In this document: positions 28,943-38,009 of the stretch, in pieces
How positions within the stretch are numbered: the first letter of the stretch is position 1
Layout of the letters: every line of letters starts with the position of its first letter
Origin: an uncultured Clostridia bacterium
GTDB taxonomy: Bacteria > Bacillota > Clostridia > Christensenellales > CAG-917
Direction of reading: 5' to 3'
Length of the DNA: 64,000 nucleotides
NCBI GenBank assembly: GCA_934233745.1
Contig: CAKQGN010000001.1
Location: forward strand, 194,621-258,620
Notes under the pieces: model-generated
Database searches by the model: none
What the model was told of the DNA's origin: nothing
Seen by the model: the letters and a program-made list of their open reading frames with translations, nothing else
Made by a program: the position numbers and the translations under genes

Positions 28943-31390
28943 TTATTTCTTCTTTGCTTTTTCCTTGCCGAAGCCTTTGAGGAATCTGCGGAAACCGCCT
29001 TTTCTGCCGTTGAGCATGTCCACGAGTCCGTCGAGCGAACGCTTGGAGATTATGCCCATCGACCATGCGGCAATCGTACGGTAGGGCATATCCTTGACGG
29101 AGTTGGTGAGCATTTCGGGGTTCTCGGACGAGAGCGCGACAAGGTTGACGGCTCCGACGCAGAGGTTGTACATAAACTTTCCGAACGGCGACACACGGCA
29201 TTGACCGATAGTGTTGCATGCCTGCAATTCGCCCTTGGCAAAGGGTTTGTTTTCAATCATCTTTGCGCCGTATAGTGCCTCGAATTGCTCGACGGGGATT
29301 TCGGTTGCGTTTGCGATGTCATAGTAGCACGGAGCGACCGCTTTGTAGTCGGGGATTTGTGCGTCGGGATTTTTTGACGTCACATGTACGACGTCTTCGA
29401 GTTTGATGTCGCGAGAAGATGCGCCAACCAAAATCTTGAAGTCACCGCTTTCGACATGCCAATCTTTGATTGCAACGTTGTAGTAGGCAAAGGCTCTTGA
29501 ATCGAGATTGATTTCGACATCCTTTTCTTCGCCGGGTTGTAAGAAAACTTTTTTGAAACCTTTGAGTTCTTTAATCGGACGATAGAGTGTCGATTCGACG
29601 TCGTTGACATAGAGTTGGGCGATTTCCGCACCTGCCACTTTGCCGACGTTTTTCACAGTGAACGTAACGGTGAACGGCTCGTCCTCATTGATTGCGTTTG
29701 CGCTCAGACGGAGGTTGGAATATTCAAATTGCGTATACGAAAGTCCGTAGCCGAAAGGATATTTGACTCTCTTGTTTGCGCTGTCGTAATAGCGATATCC
29801 GACGTAAACGCCCTCGCGGTATTCCACCGTTCTCGGTCCCATACGGAAGTATTTCGAGCCGAGGTAGTCGTCCTCGTGGACGGGGAATGTTTCGGCAAGT
29901 TTGCCCGACGGATTGACCTTGCCGTAGAGAAGATTGTACGCCGCTTCTCCGCCTGCCTGACCGCCTAGATAGAGGTTGAGTATGCCTTTTACGTCCTTGT
30001 CCCAGTCGCCGATTTCGACGGGTGAGCCGCACGAAAGAACAACGACGACGTTTTTGTTGACTTTCAAAATTTCGTTGATTAGGGTGACGTGCGAGGACGG
30101 CATCTTGATGTGGTGGCGGTCATAGCCCTCGGATTCGAATGCGTCTGTAAGTCCGACAAACAGAAGCACGACGTCTTTGTCTTTTGCCGCTTTGACCGCT
30201 TTTTTGATGAGGTTCTTTTTGTAGCCTTCGCCTTTGAGAACATAGCCGTCCGCATAATCATACGACTGTCCGACTTTATCCAGCGCATCGGTAAACGATG
30301 TAAGCTTTGTGGGAAGAATGTGGCTCGAACCACCGCCTTGATAGCGGATTTGTTTTGCGAGTCTGCCGACGACGGCGATACTTTGTTTTTTATTCAAAGG
30401 CAAAATGCCGTCGTTTTTGAGGAGTACGGCTCCGCTTTCGGCAGCTTTGCGTGCGATTGCGTTGTGCTTTTCGACGTCGAAAGTCACGCCTTCGACTTCG
30501 CGCACGGTGTTTTCGTATGCAAACTTGATAAGGCGGAATATAACCTTGTCGATATCTTCTTCCGTGAGAGTGCCTGCTTTGAGTGCTTTGTATACGGTGT
30601 CGCCGTTGAGTCCGCATCCTTTGCTTCCGGGCATTTCGAGATCAAGCCCTGCTTTGACGCCTTCTGCGCGATCGTTGACTGCGCCCCAGTCGCTCACGAC
30701 GATACCTTTGAATCCCCATTCGTCGCGCAGTATGTCGGTGAGGAAACGTTTGTGGTCGCTCAGATACGTTCCGTTCAAGCGGTTGTATGAACACATAACC
30801 GTTGTCGGTTGCTCCTCTTTGACGATATGCTCGAAAGCAGGCATATAGATTTCACGCAAAGTGCGCTCGTCCACAATGGAATCGATAGTCATGCGGATGT
30901 ACTCTTGGTTGTTGGCGAGGTAGTGTTTCAATGACGTGCCGACATTCATCTCTTGTACGCCGTGTACCCATGCGCCGCCCATGCGTCCCGCAAGGAACGG
31001 ATCTTCCGAAAAGTATTCGAAGTTTCTTCCGCAAAGAGGACCTCTTTTGATGTTGACGCCGGGGCCAAGTACGGTGGAAACTCCCAGAGATTGCGCTTCG
31101 ACGGCAATCGCTTTTCCCACTTCTTCAACAAGTTCCTCATCCCAGCTCGACGCTGTGGTGACTGCGCCGGGGAAGCAAGTTGCAGGCTCGGGTGTTTGCA
31201 TGATATTGACGCCACCGCCGATTTTTTCACGGCGAAGTCCGCTCGGACCGTCGCTCATGCGAACGGCGGGGATGTCTATATCGTCGCGCTTAATCGGTTG
31301 GGTAAGCCAGTTTGTAGAGCCTGAAAGCATTGTGACCTTCTCGTCGAGAGTCAGTTTTTTCAAAATCTCCAAATAATCCTTATCGTTCAT
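28943..31390 (-). CDS. Glycoside hydrolase family 3 beta-glucosidase
   Basis: The track ORF extends to 31516, but the ATG at 31390 has a GGAGGAAAAT RBS. The product reads MNDKDYLEILKKLTLDEKV..., with SDGPSGLR, KHYLANNQE and VVSDWGA, which are GH3 signatures. Confidence 0.88.
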   Translation of the reverse strand: MNDKDYLEILKKLTLDEKVTMLSGSTNWLTQPIKRDDIDIPAVRMSDGPSGLRREKIGGGVNIMQTPEPATCFPGAVTTASSWDEELVEEVGKAIAVEAQSLGVSTVLGPGVNIKRGPLCGRNFEYFSEDPFLAGRMGGAWVHGVQEMNVGTSLKHYLANNQEYIRMTIDSIVDERTLREIYMPAFEHIVKEEQPTTVMCSYNRLNGTYLSDHKRFLTDILRDEWGFKGIVVSDWGAVNDRAEGVKAGLDLEMPGSKGCGLNGDTVYKALKAGTLTEEDIDKVIFRLIKFAYENTVREVEGVTFDVEKHNAIARKAAESGAVLLKNDGILPLNKKQSIAVVGRLAKQIRYQGGGSSHILPTKLTSFTDALDKVGQSYDYADGYVLKGEGYKKNLIKKAVKAAKDKDVVLLFVGLTDAFESEGYDRHHIKMPSSHVTLINEILKVNKNVVVVLSCGSPVEIGDWDKDVKGILNLYLGGQAGGEAAYNLLYGKVNPSGKLAETFPVHEDDYLGSKYFRMGPRTVEYREGVYVGYRYYDSANKRVKYPFGYGLSYTQFEYSNLRLSANAINEDEPFTVTFTVKNVGKVAGAEIAQLYVNDVESTLYRPIKELKGFKKVFLQPGEEKDVEINLDSRAFAYYNVAIKDWHVESGDFKILVGASSRDIKLEDVVHVTSKNPDAQIPDYKAVAPCYYDIANATEIPVEQFEALYGAKMIENKPFAKGELQACNTIGQCRVSPFGKFMYNLCVGAVNLVALSSENPEMLTNSVKDMPYRTIAAWSMGIISKRSLDGLVDMLNGRKGGFRRFLKGFGKEKAKKK

Positions 31391-31549
31391 ATTTTCCTCC
31401 AAATGGTGTTTATTTGTATGTTTTGTGACGATAAACCGTCTGTTTTTGCAATTTTGACAGTCGGTACATGCCGTATATTTTTGTTGCGGCGTTGATTGCA
31501 TAAGCACTTCAACCAATCGCTTCTATCCATTATATCATTTGATTGTTGT

Positions 31550-32251
31550 TCAATCAACAGAGAATCGGTTGTTTTGTTCATCGAGTCTTTGTTTATCTCT
31601 GATTGAAAGAGGCAAATCATCGTTTACATAAGTGTTCCACACATCCATTTTGTCGTTCTCATCGAGGTAGCGCAGCACTTTTGCAGGCGAGCCGACGGCA
31701 ATACAGTTGGAAGGAAGGTCGCGCGTAACCACGCTGCCTGCGCCGACGATTGTGTTTTCACCGATGGTCACGCCGCCGCATATGGTGACGTTCGATGCAA
31801 TCCAGCACCCCTTTTTTATGGTGACGGGCTTTGCGTATTCGAGGTCGTGAAAACCGTCGGGATATTGCACGCATACTCGCTCGCTTGCCAAAAACGGGTG
31901 GCACGGCGTTGCAATCGTGACGTGTGCGCCAAGCCAAACGTCGTCTTCGAGAGTGATGGGCGCGATGTCCAAAAGCGTGCAACCGTAGTTGAAAAACACG
32001 CCGTTGCCAACGTGAATATTCACGCCGTATTCGCAATAAAAAGGCGTAAAAGCCCACACGGATTTGCCTTTTGACGAGGGGATGAGCTTGTTGAAAAGTC
32101 GTTTTTGTCGAGGTTGATTGAGAATGGAACACTTGTTGAGTTTTTGCGTGAGCCACAAGCCTCTTGCGTGTTGCCAAAAAATATCCTTACTCGTGGAATT
32201 GTAAAGTTTGCCGTCAACCATTCGTTGCCAATCGTTTTTTCTTTTTTGCAT
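31550..32251 (-). CDS. maa: Maltose/galactoside O-acetyltransferase (left-handed beta-helix, hexapeptide repeat)
   Basis: The product begins MQKRKNDWQRMVDGKLYN (Mac N-terminal domain). It then has hexapeptide repeats: IHVGNGVFFNYGCTLLD, VWLGAHVTIAT, IKKGCWIASNVTICGGVTIGENTIVGAGSVV. The track start at 32314 is probably too early. Confidence 0.8.
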   Translation of the reverse strand: MQKRKNDWQRMVDGKLYNSTSKDIFWQHARGLWLTQKLNKCSILNQPRQKRLFNKLIPSSKGKSVWAFTPFYCEYGVNIHVGNGVFFNYGCTLLDIAPITLEDDVWLGAHVTIATPCHPFLASERVCVQYPDGFHDLEYAKPVTIKKGCWIASNVTICGGVTIGENTIVGAGSVVTRDLPSNCIAVGSPAKVLRYLDENDKMDVWNTYVNDDLPLSIRDKQRLDEQNNRFSVD

Positions 32252-32426
32252 AGTCAAAAACCTAAAAGGCAGATATTGCGCCTTGCGCGTGAGAGGGGTT
32301 TTGGATGCAAACATCCACTTTGTTACGCTATCATTTTATTTGATACGCAAAGAGATTTATATCAAAAATCACGACGAAATATCAAAAAACCGTTGTAAAA
32401 TACAAAAAGTATGATATTATTTTTGT

Positions 32427-33182
32427 ATGGATAAGAATGAAAAGCAACTCAATGTACATTTTTTGCCAAAGGGAATCAGCAATCCTCGGTTTCAACAACG
32501 AGAAAGCGGCGTTGCGCATACGCCGTACAGCCGAGAAGTTGCGTTCTACACTTGCATAAAAAACGGTGATTTGCAGGGACTTGAAAGCAATATGGCAAGT
32601 TTTATGAGCGACGCGCTTGTGGTCGGACGTATGAGCGACGACAATTTGCGACAAGTCAAGTATTTGGCGGTGAGTTGCATCACTCTTGCCACACGTTACG
32701 CCGTCGAGGGCGGACTTATGGAAAGCGAGGCTTACAATCTTTCGGACTCGTACATTCAATGCGTCGATAAAATGGATTCGGCAAACGACATTATGCGATT
32801 CCTCGTCGAAAAGGCAACCGAACTCACATTGCTTGTCGAAAGTCACCGTCAAAGACTGGAATACCCTCCGTACATAAGAAAGGCAATCAGGTATATCAGC
32901 GCGCATTTGCACGATAGGTTGAAATGCGATGACGTTGCAAACGAGTGCGGAGTGAGTGCGGATTATCTGTCGCAAAAATTCAAAAAGTATGTTGGGGAAA
33001 GTTTGCACGGATATATCCTGTCGCAAAAGCTCGAAGAATCGAAGGCGTTGCTTTTTCAGGGGACGGAATACGGCGAAATCGGTTATTATTTCGGTTTCTG
33101 CTCGCAAACGCACTACATCCGGTGCTTTAAGAAAAAGTACGGTATGACGCCGAAAGAATATGTGAACGCATGCTTGACGTGA
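32427..33182 (+). CDS. AraC-family transcriptional regulator
   Basis: The C-terminus has a double HTH: YISAHLHDRLKCDDVANECGVSADYLSQKFKKYVGESLHGY and IGYYFGFCSQTHYIRCFKKKYGMTPKEY. The gene is divergent from the maa-GH3 operon. Confidence 0.85.
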   Translation: MDKNEKQLNVHFLPKGISNPRFQQRESGVAHTPYSREVAFYTCIKNGDLQGLESNMASFMSDALVVGRMSDDNLRQVKYLAVSCITLATRYAVEGGLMESEAYNLSDSYIQCVDKMDSANDIMRFLVEKATELTLLVESHRQRLEYPPYIRKAIRYISAHLHDRLKCDDVANECGVSADYLSQKFKKYVGESLHGYILSQKLEESKALLFQGTEYGEIGYYFGFCSQTHYIRCFKKKYGMTPKEYVNACLT

Positions 33183-33269
33183 CGTTTGAAAACGGCGATT
33201 GTGCGTTGTGTGCAATGCATCTCAATATCCGATGATACGATGCTTTTCACAATAGAAAAAATCGAGATA

Positions 33270-33299
33270 TTGACATTGAAAAGGAAAATTTAATATAAT
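33270..33299 (+). promoter_or_regulatory. Near-consensus sigma-A promoter (TTGACA-18-TATAAT) upstream of the ECF sigma gene
   Basis: TTGACA is at 33270-33275 and TATAAT at 33294-33299, about 45 nt upstream of the ATG at 33343. Confidence 0.5.
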
Positions 33300-33342
33300 C
33301 GTAACCGAAAACGTTTGATAACGTTTATAAAGTGAGGAACAA

Positions 33343-33822
33343 ATGAAAAGCACGGCATGGGAAAACTTGTTTAAGAGATATTACAACGAGGCTCTTTTGT
33401 ACGTGTATTCGTTTTGTCACAATCGCACGCTTGCCGAAGACATAGTGCAGGAAGCGTATGTAAGAGCCATTCGCTCGATTGACGAGGAAAAAGACGGATT
33501 TAAGTTCTGGTTGCTGAAAGTTTGCAGAAACTGTTACTTTGACACGTTGCGCAAAAACAAAAAGCTCGAAGCAATCGAAAACGACATGCCCTCAAGCGAT
33601 TCGCTTGTCGATGACGTTATACAAAAAGAAGAATACCGAGCGTTGTACAAGGCCGTTTCTCTTTTGAAAGACAGCTATCAGGAGGTTGTCAGACTCTATT
33701 ATTTCGATTCGATGTCCGTCAAGGAGATTGCGTCGATAATCGGAGAGTCTGCCGACAATGTAAAAATTCAATTGTACAGAGCAAGGCTCAAACTCAAAGA
33801 ACTTTTGGAGGAAAGCATATGA
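33343..33822 (+). CDS. ECF-type RNA polymerase sigma-70 family factor
   Basis: Region 2 is AEDIVQEAYVRAI. The region 4 HTH is MSVKEIASIIGESADNVKIQLYRARLKLKELL. The size is 159 aa. Confidence 0.85.
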   Translation: MKSTAWENLFKRYYNEALLYVYSFCHNRTLAEDIVQEAYVRAIRSIDEEKDGFKFWLLKVCRNCYFDTLRKNKKLEAIENDMPSSDSLVDDVIQKEEYRALYKAVSLLKDSYQEVVRLYYFDSMSVKEIASIIGESADNVKIQLYRARLKLKELLEESI

Positions 33823-34382
33823 ATTTCGATGATGCGTTCAAGCACTATCGGGACGGTGTCGCAACCGATGAAGAAAAACAATTTGTCAAGGATCAGCTTG
33901 CCAAGGCAAACGAATTTTTGCAAAACGAAACATTCAGGGACGAATCTCCCGTCAAAGAAGCGGATGCGAAAGAAGTAAAGCAAGCAAAAAAGAAATTAAA
34001 ATGGCAGTATATCGTCTTGCCGATATGCTTTTTTGTGTGCGTGCTGGCAATCATTGCGGCAATATTGGGCGGAGTGTTCGGCTCTGCAGCGTCATACGCA
34101 AAGCAATCCGCAATGTATTCAAGATCGACATGCGTCGATATCGCCAAAACAAAAGCGTTTGAATTTGTCAGTGATTCGGCAAACTTCTCCTATGTGAACG
34201 TGCAAAGCAAGGACGATTTTGTCGTAGACGATGTCGATGCCGATTTCAATTACAACGGCAAGAATTTGAAAAACAGTTATTACACGTATATCGTGGAACT
34301 CGAAGTCGAAAGCTGCGATTTTGAAATCAAAATCGAGGTGGATACGCGAAACGGCCAAAGCAAAGTCATCAAAGTCAAATAA
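33819..34382 (+). CDS. Putative anti-sigma factor or membrane protein coupled to the ECF sigma
   Basis: An ATGA overlap with the sigma gene indicates translational coupling. The protein has a single TM helix (YIVLPICFFVCVLAIIAAILGGVFG) and an extracytoplasmic C-terminal domain. No zf-HC2 motif was seen. Confidence 0.4.
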   Translation: MNFDDAFKHYRDGVATDEEKQFVKDQLAKANEFLQNETFRDESPVKEADAKEVKQAKKKLKWQYIVLPICFFVCVLAIIAAILGGVFGSAASYAKQSAMYSRSTCVDIAKTKAFEFVSDSANFSYVNVQSKDDFVVDDVDADFNYNGKNLKNSYYTYIVELEVESCDFEIKIEVDTRNGQSKVIKVK

Positions 34383-34521
34383 AGCTGAAACAAAAATTCG
34401 TAATCTATAATGCAATGTACGGGCGCGCCTAAAAGGCGTGCCTTTGTTTTTTCAAAGCCAGTTGCCAAAACGTACAAAATATTCCACTAATTTTTATATC
34501 CTGCTTGCATACAATAGTTGT

Positions 34522-35235
34522 ATGTGGTCAAACGTGATAAGCATAGGCAAAGAGTATTCAAAGGAAATAGATTATATACTTGCGCAACTACAATGTACAA
34601 AAGATGTTTCGTATGCGACGGAAGAAAGCGAGCAAAGGATGTGGATTTATCTTGCGTCGTCTTGCGAGAACGCTCAACAAATAGAAAACGAAATGTATCG
34701 TATATTATCGGTAGTATTTTTGTCGTTTTTGAAATTGAGATTCTTTCTTGAGAGGTTGCCGATACATTGTATGTCATATGCAAAATGCGTCCTGATAAGT
34801 TCTATGTTGCACTTTGACGAGGCTTTTGAAGAAAACCTGATTGCAAAAACGTTGTCCGATTCGATGGATTATAATGTGGACGGGCTTTTCAATTTTCGCT
34901 TGCGTATGCTCAAAGAGTCTTGGGAGGAAATAGCAGACGTTGCCGCGAGATTGCTTGAGGGAAGCGACGGCGACAAGGACGTTTTCGACATAGCAACGTT
35001 TATAGCAGGCAGTGAGGGCGGAAAAAGCCGTATTGCAACCGACGGACAAACCATAGACAACATAACGCAACGTCGCAGAGTGGAAATCGTAAGATTGTAC
35101 GATGATAGCGAATACAATCTGATTGATGCCATAGTAAAGGAAAAGCCTTTTGAAATATATGTCACAAACAAGAATCTTTCGGATGCTATGAGAGGAATAT
35201 TGAAAAAAATCGCAAAAGTAATAGAAAAGATATAA
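34522..35235 (+). CDS. Hypothetical protein, possibly a YtxC-like sporulation protein
   Basis: The track ORF starts at 34438, inside the upstream terminator, so the ATG at 34522 (MWSNVISIGKEY) is preferred. The segment NVDGLFNFRLRMLKESWEEIADVA is reminiscent of the YtxC family. This assignment is weak. Confidence 0.3.
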   Translation: MWSNVISIGKEYSKEIDYILAQLQCTKDVSYATEESEQRMWIYLASSCENAQQIENEMYRILSVVFLSFLKLRFFLERLPIHCMSYAKCVLISSMLHFDEAFEENLIAKTLSDSMDYNVDGLFNFRLRMLKESWEEIADVAARLLEGSDGDKDVFDIATFIAGSEGGKSRIATDGQTIDNITQRRRVEIVRLYDDSEYNLIDAIVKEKPFEIYVTNKNLSDAMRGILKKIAKVIEKI

Positions 35236-35367
35236 AACACGATAAGTGTGACAAAAATCGCAAAAATACGATATAAACGGAAATAATAGCCCAAAATTCG
35301 CTTTATTTTTTATATAAAAAACACAATACGTGTTGTATATTAAAAAATAAAAACACGATATGTGTTC
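35234..35367. repeat. Three copies of an A-run plus ACAC-N5-GTGT palindrome in the convergent intergenic region
   Basis: The copies are AAAACACGATAAGTGTG (35234-35250), AAAAACACAATACGTGTTG (35317-35335) and AAAAACACGATATGTGTTC (35349-35367). Confidence 0.8.
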
Positions 35368-35410
35368 AATATTAAATATATTATGCTTGTATTCGGACAA
35401 GCAATACCAA

Positions 35411-35442
35411 TAAAACAAAAAAGGCAGGCCGCAGCCTGCCTT
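35411..35442 (-). terminator. Rho-independent terminator of the serC-serA operon
   Basis: Stem-loop AAGGCAGGC-CGCA-GCCTGCCTT followed on the minus strand by TTTTTTGTTTTATT. Confidence 0.75.
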
Positions 35443-35457
35443 AGACTTTGTTTGTCG

Positions 35458-36546
35458 TCAATATACTTTTCTTGCTTTTATTATGTCGTCGCCTTCGAAC
35501 GACAGAGTGTCGTCGTCGCTGTCAATGACGGTATATCTCAGACCGTTTCTCGTTGCGCTTACGCCGCCGAATCTGTTTGTGCCGATATCTGTTGAAATCA
35601 CCGTATAGCGATGGGTTGCGCTTTTAGGTGCTTTTACGTTTGGAAGATTGACCGAATTTGTTATATTGCCGTTTTCGATATAATCTTTGAGTTGTTGCGC
35701 CGCCATAACCGCACAATTGTCTTCGGCTTCTTCCGTTGACGCTCCGAGGTGAGGAATTGCAACTATGCCGTCCACGCCTATGCAGTCTTCGTTTGGAAAG
35801 TCAACGACGTATTTGCGTATTTTTTTGATTGTAAGAGCCTCTTTTATTGCGTTCACGTCGCAAAGTTCTCCTCGCGCTGCGTTGATGACGATAACTCCGT
35901 CCTTCATTGTCTGTATGCTTTCGGCATTGACAAGCCCTTTGGTGTCGGGAGTCATAGGCATATGCAAAGTGACAAAATCGGCGTCCGCCCAGCTTGCTTT
36001 CATATCGTCATAAACGGTTACAAACGGGATTTCTTTCTTTGCGTTTTCAGAAATAAACGGATCGTATCCGACAATATTCATGCCGAGTGCATGTGCGGAT
36101 ACGGCAACTTTGCGACCTATCGCACCGAGTCCCAAAACACAAAGTGTTTTGCCTGAGATTTCTGTGCCTGCAAATTGTGCTTTCCCTTTTTCGACTTGCT
36201 TTGCCACATCGTCGCCACTTAGGTTGCTTGCCCAGTTTATAGCTTCGCTGATATTGCGTGCGCCGATAATCAATGCGGCAATGACAAGTTCTTTTACGGC
36301 GTTTGCGTTTGCACCCGGTGTGTTGAATACGCAAATTCCTTGCTTTGCATATTCCGCATGAGGAATGTTGTTTACGCCCGCGCCCGCTCTTGCCACGGCA
36401 AGAAGGGAAGACGGCACAGCGTATTCTTCCATTTTGAAGGAACGAACAAGAATTCCGATCGGATTTTCGCTCGAATCAGTGACGTTGTATCCTTCAAGCA
36501 CCGGATTTGCAAGTTTTGATATAGAGTTGAGTTTTAATATATCCAT
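35458..36546 (-). CDS. serA: D-3-phosphoglycerate dehydrogenase (D-isomer 2-hydroxyacid dehydrogenase family)
   Basis: The ATG at 36546 has an AAGGAG RBS. The NAD-binding site is GKTLCVLGLGAIGRKVA. The gene lies immediately downstream of serC. Confidence 0.8.
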   Translation of the reverse strand: MDILKLNSISKLANPVLEGYNVTDSSENPIGILVRSFKMEEYAVPSSLLAVARAGAGVNNIPHAEYAKQGICVFNTPGANANAVKELVIAALIIGARNISEAINWASNLSGDDVAKQVEKGKAQFAGTEISGKTLCVLGLGAIGRKVAVSAHALGMNIVGYDPFISENAKKEIPFVTVYDDMKASWADADFVTLHMPMTPDTKGLVNAESIQTMKDGVIVINAARGELCDVNAIKEALTIKKIRKYVVDFPNEDCIGVDGIVAIPHLGASTEEAEDNCAVMAAQQLKDYIENGNITNSVNLPNVKAPKSATHRYTVISTDIGTNRFGGVSATRNGLRYTVIDSDDDTLSFEGDDIIKARKVY

Positions 36547-36645
36547 ACTGTCTCCTTGCAAAACGTTCTGACTCGGCAGAAGTTTTGCATTGTGTACGAA
36601 CAGAGTTCGTAAGGCAAAAAGAAGCGCAAAATGCGCCTCATTTCG

Positions 36646-37722
36646 TTATTTGTTTTCAAGCTCGAACTTCTTCATAAAGTCGATGAGTGCTTTTACGCCT
36701 TCAACGGGCATTGCGTTGTAAATCGACGCTCTCATGCCGCCGACGAGTTTGTGTCCTTTAAGACTCACAAGTCCTGCCTGTTCCGCTTCTTTGACAAACT
36801 TTGCGTTGAGTTCGTCGCTCGGGGATACAAACGGCACATTCATAATAGAACGGCTTTCTTTTTCAACGAAATTGTTGTAAAAATCGCTCTCATCGATAAA
36901 ATCGTAAAGCATTTTTGCCTTTTCGCGATTGATTTGTTCCATGACGGGAACGCCGCCGAGTTTTTTGAGGTGACGAAGGTTGAGCATCATCATATAAATC
37001 GACCAGCACGGAGGTGTGTTATAGAGGCTGTTCGCGTCGATTTGCGTGCGATATTTGAGCATAGTCGGGCAAATCGGCAATTCGCCTCCGAGCATATCCT
37101 CTTTGACGATAACAAGCGTCACGCCTGCGGGAGCGAGGTTTTTTTGCGCGCCTGCGTAAATGAGAGAATATTTGCTCGGGTCTATCACTTCGCTCATTAT
37201 GCACGAGGATAAGTCCGAAACCAAAGGCACGTTGCCCGTATCGGGCAGAGTGTTGTATTTCAAGCCGAAAATAGTGTTGTTTTCGGTGATATGCACATAG
37301 CTTGCGTCTTGTCTGAAATCTTCGCGAGCGGTTTTGGGAATATAAGTGAACTTTTTATCTTCGCTTGAAGCGACAAGGCGAATATCTCCGTATTTTTGCG
37401 CTTCTTTGTATGCTTTTTTTGCAAAGTTACCCGTCACTATATAGTCCGCTTTGCCCGTTTTCAACAGGTTGAGGGGTATAGCCTCGAATTGTGTGGACGC
37501 ACCGCCTTGCACCATGATGACGTGATAGTCGTCGGGAAGATTCATAAGCTCGCGCACAAGATCAAGTGCTTCGCTGTTGATTGCGTCATACCATTTTGAG
37601 CGATGGCTCATTTCCATCACGCTCATGCCCGAACCGTTGTAATCGGCAATATTTTTGCTTGCTTCTTCGATAACTTCGAGAGGGAGCATACTGGGGCCTG
37701 CCGAGAAATTGTAAACTCTCAT
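36646..37722 (-). CDS. serC: Phosphoserine aminotransferase
   Basis: The N-terminus MRVYNFSAGPSMLPLEVIEEA is the canonical SerC N-terminus. The RBS is AAGGAG. Confidence 0.9.
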   Translation of the reverse strand: MRVYNFSAGPSMLPLEVIEEASKNIADYNGSGMSVMEMSHRSKWYDAINSEALDLVRELMNLPDDYHVIMVQGGASTQFEAIPLNLLKTGKADYIVTGNFAKKAYKEAQKYGDIRLVASSEDKKFTYIPKTAREDFRQDASYVHITENNTIFGLKYNTLPDTGNVPLVSDLSSCIMSEVIDPSKYSLIYAGAQKNLAPAGVTLVIVKEDMLGGELPICPTMLKYRTQIDANSLYNTPPCWSIYMMMLNLRHLKKLGGVPVMEQINREKAKMLYDFIDESDFYNNFVEKESRSIMNVPFVSPSDELNAKFVKEAEQAGLVSLKGHKLVGGMRASIYNAMPVEGVKALIDFMKKFELENK

Positions 37723-37859
37723 AAAATTCTCCTTTTAAGATGACATAATCGCATTCGTTTTTGCGATTTGTACATTATAATCGTAAATGATAAAAAGCTT
37801 GTTGTAAAGATTTTTTTTCGTGCAAACGTATAGTTTTTGACGCTTTTTGGCGAAAGCCT

Positions 37860-37888
37860 TGCAAAAATCTCCGTTTTGATGTAATATA
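37860..37888 (+). promoter_or_regulatory. Candidate sigma-A promoter for rnj (TTGCAA-17-TAATAT)
   Basis: TTGCAA is at 37860-37865 and TAATAT at 37883-37888, preceded by TG, about 120 nt upstream of the ATG. Confidence 0.35.
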
Positions 37889-38009
37889 ATAAACTGCGTA
37901 GCTATTGACTAATAATAAATAATTATATGTACATACTTGCGCGCGGACGTTGTTCGCAAAACAAAACAAATATATTCTAATATAAATAGACAGAAATCGG
38001 AGAAAACAC

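Noticed and set aside
31391-31516. A Cys-rich N-terminal extension of the GH3 ORF (TACTDCQNCKNRRF) that could look like a zinc-ribbon
   Set aside because: A strong GGAGG RBS precedes the internal ATG at 31390, and GH3 homology begins there. The extension is probably untranslated.
37723-38009. Looked for a T-box or riboswitch leader upstream of serC (minus strand) and rnj
   Set aside because: No T-box core sequence, specifier-loop architecture or other recognisable riboswitch core is visible. The spacer looks like two back-to-back promoters.
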